32,000 bases of DNA, taken from NCBI RefSeq assembly GCF_021378375.1, contig NZ_CP076228.1, positions 540,001-572,000 of the forward strand, in the 5' to 3' direction. This DNA is from Wolbachia endosymbiont of Drosophila innubila. GTDB lineage: Bacteria > Pseudomonadota > Alphaproteobacteria > Rickettsiales > Anaplasmataceae. Below are positions 27,741-32,000 of the stretch, piece after piece (position 1 is the stretch's first letter; each line of letters begins with the position of its first letter). The position numbers were made by a program, and so were the translations under genes. The notes under the pieces were generated by a model. The model saw only the letters and a list, made by a program, of their open reading frames with translations, did no database searches and was not told the DNA's origin.

Positions 27741-27809
27741 AGAAGCCTATTGTCTAATTATGTACCTAAATTTTATTACGGCACTTTCACTACTACTTTA
27801 ACGAGTGAG

Positions 27810-29255
27810 CTACCTTTCTATAAAAGACCTATCGACTGTTGCAATTATAGGCGTAAACAAGAATGATAAAAGAGTACGAGATTGAGTAACTATGTACACT
27901 TCTGCTGGCATACCAGGGTATAGGTATACGTTTTTAAACTGAGCAAGCTCTGGTTTTGGTATCACTACACGTACTGAATAATAACGCCCTAGTCTTGGAT
28001 CATCAAGAGCGTCAGGAGAAATATGGCTTACTATACCACTAATTAAACTTAAACGACGTGCACTGTAAGCACTTAACCGGACTTTAACCTTTAGCCCTTC
28101 TAGCCCATCAATAGAGACTATGTTGCTATCTTTCTTTTGTGCCGACAGTACCTCTTCTATGTTTCTGGTCTGAATTTTAGCATCTATTATTAGGTCATCA
28201 TCCGATGGCACTACGCTCATGATCGGAACTCCAGATTGTATAACACCACCTTCAGTATGGTATCTTATATCTGTGACTATCCCATCTTGAGGCGATTTAA
28301 TTATTGTACGTGCTAATGAATCTTCAGCAACCATCAGCCTCTCTTTCAAGTCTGCAATAGACGTACTAACTTCCTTAAGTTCAGCGTTTGCTCTTTCTTG
28401 AGAATCGTTTCTCACGTTTATAATTTCTAATTCGTTCTCTCCAATTTTTTGCTGCACTTGAGATATTGCAGAACGGTAATGTCCAACTCTGCCTTCAATT
28501 TCAGCAAACTGCTTTTCTAAAGCTAAAATGTGTGGTTTGCTTATATGGCCACTATCAAGTAATTGTCTTTTTGTTTCCAACTCCTCAGTTATCAAGTCAT
28601 ATTGCTTATGAGCTGCATTTAGTTGAAAGTTTAGCCCCGCTAATTCATCATTTAACTGCTTTATACGTTGTTGCAGTATGTCTGTTTTTCCCAATATGCT
28701 CTTTCTCTGAGAGTTGAACAACTTTACTTGATTCTTTATCGCTTTATTTACAAGTTCATCGTGAGATAATTTTTTAACCTCATCAGGAAACTCGAGCGTG
28801 TCCAAATCTACTCTGATTGCAAGAAGCCTTGCTTCTGTTGCTAAAAATGATAAGAGCTTCTCTTTGATAATACTTAAATTCGCCTTCTCGTTAACATCAC
28901 TCAACAAAACTAGAGGCTCATCTTTTTTAACTGCTTGGCTCTCTTTGACTAAAATTTTGCTTATTATTCCTCCACCCAAGTGTTGAACTATTTTCTTATT
29001 TGAAGATACAATAACTTCTCCACTTGCATGCACCGCACCGTCAATTGGAGCTATAGCCGACCAAATACCACCTATCCCAAAAAAGATAAGTATTACTACC
29101 AGACCAAAAAATAGTGGTCCCCATGTTACTCTCAGAACTTCATTTACGTTATTACTTTCACGTTTTAAAATAAAATTTATCATCGCATCAATCAATGCGA
29201 ACGTCTTATCCAAAAATTTTGGGTACTTCTTCTTTTTATTTTTTGCTCCTTGCAT
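27810..29255 (-). CDS. HlyD-family type I secretion membrane-fusion (periplasmic adaptor) protein
   Basis: N-terminal cytoplasmic stretch, one TM (LFFGLVVILIFFGIGGIW), GEVIVSSNKKIVQHLGGGII lipoyl-like segment, long coiled coil, and C-terminal beta-barrel (GMPAEVYIVTQSRTLLSFLFTPI). Start is uncertain: ATG 29255 (MQGAK), 29330 (MISKL), or the track start 29402. Confidence 0.85.
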   Translation of the reverse strand: MQGAKNKKKKYPKFLDKTFALIDAMINFILKRESNNVNEVLRVTWGPLFFGLVVILIFFGIGGIWSAIAPIDGAVHASGEVIVSSNKKIVQHLGGGIISKILVKESQAVKKDEPLVLLSDVNEKANLSIIKEKLLSFLATEARLLAIRVDLDTLEFPDEVKKLSHDELVNKAIKNQVKLFNSQRKSILGKTDILQQRIKQLNDELAGLNFQLNAAHKQYDLITEELETKRQLLDSGHISKPHILALEKQFAEIEGRVGHYRSAISQVQQKIGENELEIINVRNDSQERANAELKEVSTSIADLKERLMVAEDSLARTIIKSPQDGIVTDIRYHTEGGVIQSGVPIMSVVPSDDDLIIDAKIQTRNIEEVLSAQKKDSNIVSIDGLEGLKVKVRLSAYSARRLSLISGIVSHISPDALDDPRLGRYYSVRVVIPKPELAQFKNVYLYPGMPAEVYIVTQSRTLLSFLFTPIIATVDRSFIER

Positions 29256-29595
29256 ATTTATATTATCACTATGGCCAATCAAGCCTGTCAAAGAAAACCC
29301 AGTGCTAAGCTTTTTTAACTTACTGATCATAATACTACTGTGAATTTGTGTTAACTCAAGATAACACACAAAAACAAAGAATCTATAATTTAAGCATTCC
29401 ATTTAGACTGTAGAGCACCAGAATAAACTATTTAGTAACAATTCCTGCATAACTATGTTTTTAAAATTTTTTGACGTTTAACTTTATTATAACTTTTCCT
29501 TTATTTTGTGAATATCTGAGTTACTTATATTATGTAAGAAATCTATTGCCAACTAGTCAATATTCTGTTAGGAATTAAGATAATATAAAGTTATT

Positions 29596-30330
29596 ATGTT
29601 TGGATTGGAAAGCAGAAAGTTCCTGATTACTGGTGCATCAGGCGGAATAGGGCAAGCAATTGTAAAAATTATGCACAAAGCCGGAGCAACTTTATGTGTT
29701 TCTGGCACAAAAAAAGAAGCACTCGAAGAAGTTGCTAAACAATATGAAAAAAATATGCACGTACTCCCTTGTGATTTATCAAATGCTGAGGAAGTAAATC
29801 AACTAGTAAACAGAGCAAGTGAGTTGATGGAAGGCTTTGACGGACTTGTATGCAACGCGGGCATTACGCAAGACAGTTTATTATTGAGAATGACAGATGA
29901 AACATGGCAAAAAGTAATTGATATTAACTTGAGTTCTACATTTAAGCTGAGTAGAGAAGCATGCAGGAAACTAATTAAGAATAATTGGGGAAGAATTATA
30001 AATATTTCCTCAATAATAGGGCTGACAGGAAACGCCGGGCAAGCAAATTATGCAGCGTCTAAAGCTGGAATAATAGCTATGAGCAAATCTATAGCAAAAG
30101 AAGTTGCAAGTCGTAATATAACAGTAAATTGTATTGCTCCTGGGTTTATAGATACTAAAATGACTGAAGTTTTAAATGAAGTGCAAAAGGGAAAAATATT
30201 AGATAATATTCCAATGAAAAGAATGGGAACAGGGGAAGAAATAGCAGCAGGGGTCTTATTTTTAGCAAGTGATGAAGCAAAATATATAACAGGGCATGTG
30301 CTTAACATTAATGGTGGGTTATTTATGTAG
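29596..30330 (+). CDS. fabG: 3-oxoacyl-[acyl-carrier-protein] reductase
   Basis: 244-aa SDR with TGASGGIG cofactor motif, NAG, catalytic S...YAASKAG, and a FabG-like C-terminus GHVLNINGGLFM. Confidence 0.9.
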   Translation: MFGLESRKFLITGASGGIGQAIVKIMHKAGATLCVSGTKKEALEEVAKQYEKNMHVLPCDLSNAEEVNQLVNRASELMEGFDGLVCNAGITQDSLLLRMTDETWQKVIDINLSSTFKLSREACRKLIKNNWGRIINISSIIGLTGNAGQANYAASKAGIIAMSKSIAKEVASRNITVNCIAPGFIDTKMTEVLNEVQKGKILDNIPMKRMGTGEEIAAGVLFLASDEAKYITGHVLNINGGLFM

Positions 30331-30425
30331 CAACACTTATGTATGGACAAATTATAATTTTTACTTTAAAATAAAAATATGTGTAGGTGTAGGTTTACGT
30401 TAATTTATTATTTAGAGGCAAAAAA

Positions 30426-30761
30426 ATGAGCTCTATAATGGAATTTTTTAGTGTTTTTTGCGTAGTATTGCTTTTCTCTTTCTCAGGTTATGCAGCTGAC
30501 CCTGATATGGATGACACAACTAAAGTAATATGCAATATTATTGGTTATGTTTGGGGGATAGGCGGTCCACTTATGACGGTAGTAATAATTGGTGCAGCTT
30601 TGCTTGCAATATTTGGCAGGATGCCGTGGCCAGCCCTCTTTGCTCTTGGCATGTTCTGTGGTGTATTTTTTGGCGCTAAAACTATCATAACGAAAATTAT
30701 GCCCAATGTAAGCGATGAAGCAAAAGCTATGTTGGAAAATTGTGGAAAGAGAAACCCATAA
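30426..30761 (+). CDS. TrbC/VirB2-family type IV secretion pilin-like protein
   Basis: 111 aa. Signal-peptide-like N-terminus ending SGYA/ADP, then two hydrophobic helices separated by a short loop (GGPLMTVVIIGAALLAIFGRMPWPALFALGMFCGVFFGA), the layout of VirB2 paralogues in Rickettsiales. Confidence 0.6.
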   Translation: MSSIMEFFSVFCVVLLFSFSGYAADPDMDDTTKVICNIIGYVWGIGGPLMTVVIIGAALLAIFGRMPWPALFALGMFCGVFFGAKTIITKIMPNVSDEAKAMLENCGKRNP

Positions 30762-30883
30762 AAGTACAGAAATGCTTTTTTGTTATCCATTAAATCGCTT
30801 CATATCTTCAACTTGCAACAAATAAGGGCTATCTTTTGGTAAAGTTTTAACAGCTAGCTCAGCATATTTTGTAAATTGCTTTA

Positions 30884-31794
30884 GAGGTTGTCCGGAAACA
30901 AGTAAAAGGCTATAATATCTGAAATTTTAGTACGGGTAAAGATGAGAAAAAAGTATCCAACAGATCTAAGCGAAAGGGAATGGGCAAGAATAGAAAAACA
31001 CTTCAGAGTATCATACAAGAAAGGAGGAAGGCTGCCAAAGTATAGCAAAAAAGAAATATTAGAAGCAATTTTCTATGTATTGCGTACAGGGTGTCAATGG
31101 CGGTATTTACCAAATGATTTTCCGCTATGGAAGACTGTGTATGAGCAGTTCAGGCAATGGAAGAAGCAGGGAATTTTTGAGAAAATGAATTATGAAATTA
31201 CAAAATATAGTAGAAGAAAAATAGGAAAGAATGAGCAGCCGAGTGCCTGTATAGTAGATAGTCAATCTGTAAAGACTACAGAAAAGGGGGATCAAAGCTA
31301 TGATGGAAGTAAAAAAGTAAAGGGTAGAAAAAGGCATATAATTACAGACACTCAGGGTTTTATACTAGGTTGTTACGTAGGCGCTGCTAACGAAAATGAT
31401 AGAGATGGTATTAAAATAGCATTAAACAATATGAGAACAAAATATACTAAAGTTAAAAATGTGGGCTGACATGGGATACCAAGGAAGAAATTTAAAGAAT
31501 CACATAAAGGAAGAATATGACATAGATATTGAAATTGTTAAAAGGCCTCCATGTAGATTTTGGGTGCACAAAGATACGCCACCTGAGCTACTACCAACAA
31601 GAGAACAAGGGTTTAAAGTACAGCCAAGAAGATGGGTTGTAGAAAGGACTTTTGCTTGGGTTAATAGGAATAGAAGGCTATCGAAGGAGTATGATTTACT
31701 CACAACATCCACTGAGAATTTCATATACCTAGCTATGAGTAGGGTTATGTTAAAGAGGGAATATGCTTGAATTTACTTGTTTCCGGACAACCTC
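30884..31794 (+). mobile_element. ISWpi1-like IS5-family element, copy 3
   Basis: Same 23-bp perfect inverted repeats. Flanking triplets are TTA (30881-30883) and TAA (31795-31797). Confidence 0.85.
30942..31770 (+). pseudogene. IS5-family DDE transposase, copy 3, single frame break at an A5 run
   Basis: Continuous frame from ATG 30942 through the first DDE aspartate region to 31469. A5 at 31455-31459 shifts the frame; A7 would yield one 276-codon ORF. Confidence 0.8.
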
Positions 31795-32000
31795 TAAAAT
31801 CTCCTTCAATACAAGCCTTTTTTGTCAAAGCAAAATAATGCATTGCCGTATCAGCGTCACATTTATATGCAACGCTTAAATATTTCCAGACAAAAGCGTT
31901 ATTTGGTTCTACATTCAAAATCTGCTCCAGGTAAAAAATTGCCTTTTTTGCATCACCGTGTAATAATAAAGTATGAGATAATGCAAGTTTCACTAAATAA

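Larger units (their letters stand above)
30783..32000 (-). pseudogene. TPR-repeat protein gene interrupted by ISWpi1 copy 3; 5' end beyond the window
   Basis: Minus-strand frame from 32000: TPR-like LLLHGDAKKAIFYLEQILNVEPNNAFVWKYLSVAYK...ACIEGDF up to 31795. Removing 30884-31794 and one 3-nt flank continues in frame: KQFTKYAELAVKTLPKDSPYLLQVEDMKRFNG, stop at 30785-30783. Confidence 0.7.

Noticed and set aside
29256-29402. N-terminal 49-codon extension of the HlyD-like ORF (MECLNYRFFVFVCYLELTQ...).
   Set aside because: The extension is Cys/Phe-rich and unlike adaptor N-termini, and internal Mets at 29330 or 29255 give conventional lengths. The true start remains uncertain.
478-31724. Opposite-strand or overlapping 60-177-codon ORFs in the six-frame track (e.g. 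478-714, 1013-1456, 3542-3886, 8485-8694, 10004-10285, 12634-12987, 19040-19573, 28466-28717, 30048-30350, 30545-790, and the repeated 74-aa ORF inside each ISWpi1 copy).
   Set aside because: Each lies entirely within, and antisense to or out of frame with, a CDS that has clear family motifs. Their translations are low-complexity (Ser/Leu/Phe/Ile-rich), as expected for shadow frames in AT-rich DNA. None has an SD or a recognisable motif.
20301-31794. Three ~0.9-kb direct repeats that could be taken for a repeat array or segmental duplication.
   Set aside because: Each unit has its own 23-bp terminal inverted repeats and a DDE transposase, so they are independent IS copies. No short regularly spaced repeats (CRISPR-like) were seen anywhere in the window.
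1-32000. tRNA, rRNA or tmRNA genes, or an att-type direct repeat marking the prophage end.
   Set aside because: I saw no cloverleaf-compatible stretch with a T-loop GTTCGAATC-like box, and no long non-IS direct repeats. Without a search tool this is a weak negative.

Overview
AT-rich window that reads like the tail end of a Wolbachia-type WO prophage running into an IS-riddled junction with chromosomal genes. The organism call rests on my memory of these gene families, not on a search.

- **1-2648, replication genes:** a 5'-truncated RepA/AAA_25-like ATPase, then a Toprim primase fused to a second RepA-like ATPase.
- **2731-8758, uncharacterised virion or fibre-like genes:** a tightly packed block carrying lesions. 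A single in-frame TAG separates the 642- and 392-codon ORFs. A 64-codon fibre-type N-terminus is offset by one frame from its 478-codon body at a T6 tract.
- **8751-14711, P2-type contractile tail module in canonical order:** sheath FI, tube FII, an E-chaperone remnant fused to tape measure T, then U, X and D. The sheath has two frameshifts and the tape measure has one. A RelE/ParE-type toxin-antitoxin pair with its own near-consensus promoter sits between tube and chaperone.
- **14768-16483:** a membrane-anchored ankyrin protein, a small TM/coiled-coil protein, and a patatin-like phospholipase with intact catalytic motifs.
- **16576-20278:** a tandem XRE-HTH regulator split by an IS256-family element, which itself carries an IS4-family element inside its terminal repeat. 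All repeats and duplications are readable.
- **20.3-27.7 kb and 30.9-31.8 kb, mobile elements:** three ISWpi1-like IS5-family copies, an Rpn/PD-(D/E)XK gene, an IS903-group element, a 3'-truncated group II intron, and an IS3 remnant.
- **27.8-32 kb, chromosomal genes:** a HlyD-type T1SS adaptor, fabG, a VirB2-like pilin, and a TPR gene split by the third ISWpi1.

I saw no rRNA, tRNA or CRISPR array. Most frame disruptions fall in short homopolymer tracts, so pseudogene calls need read-level confirmation.
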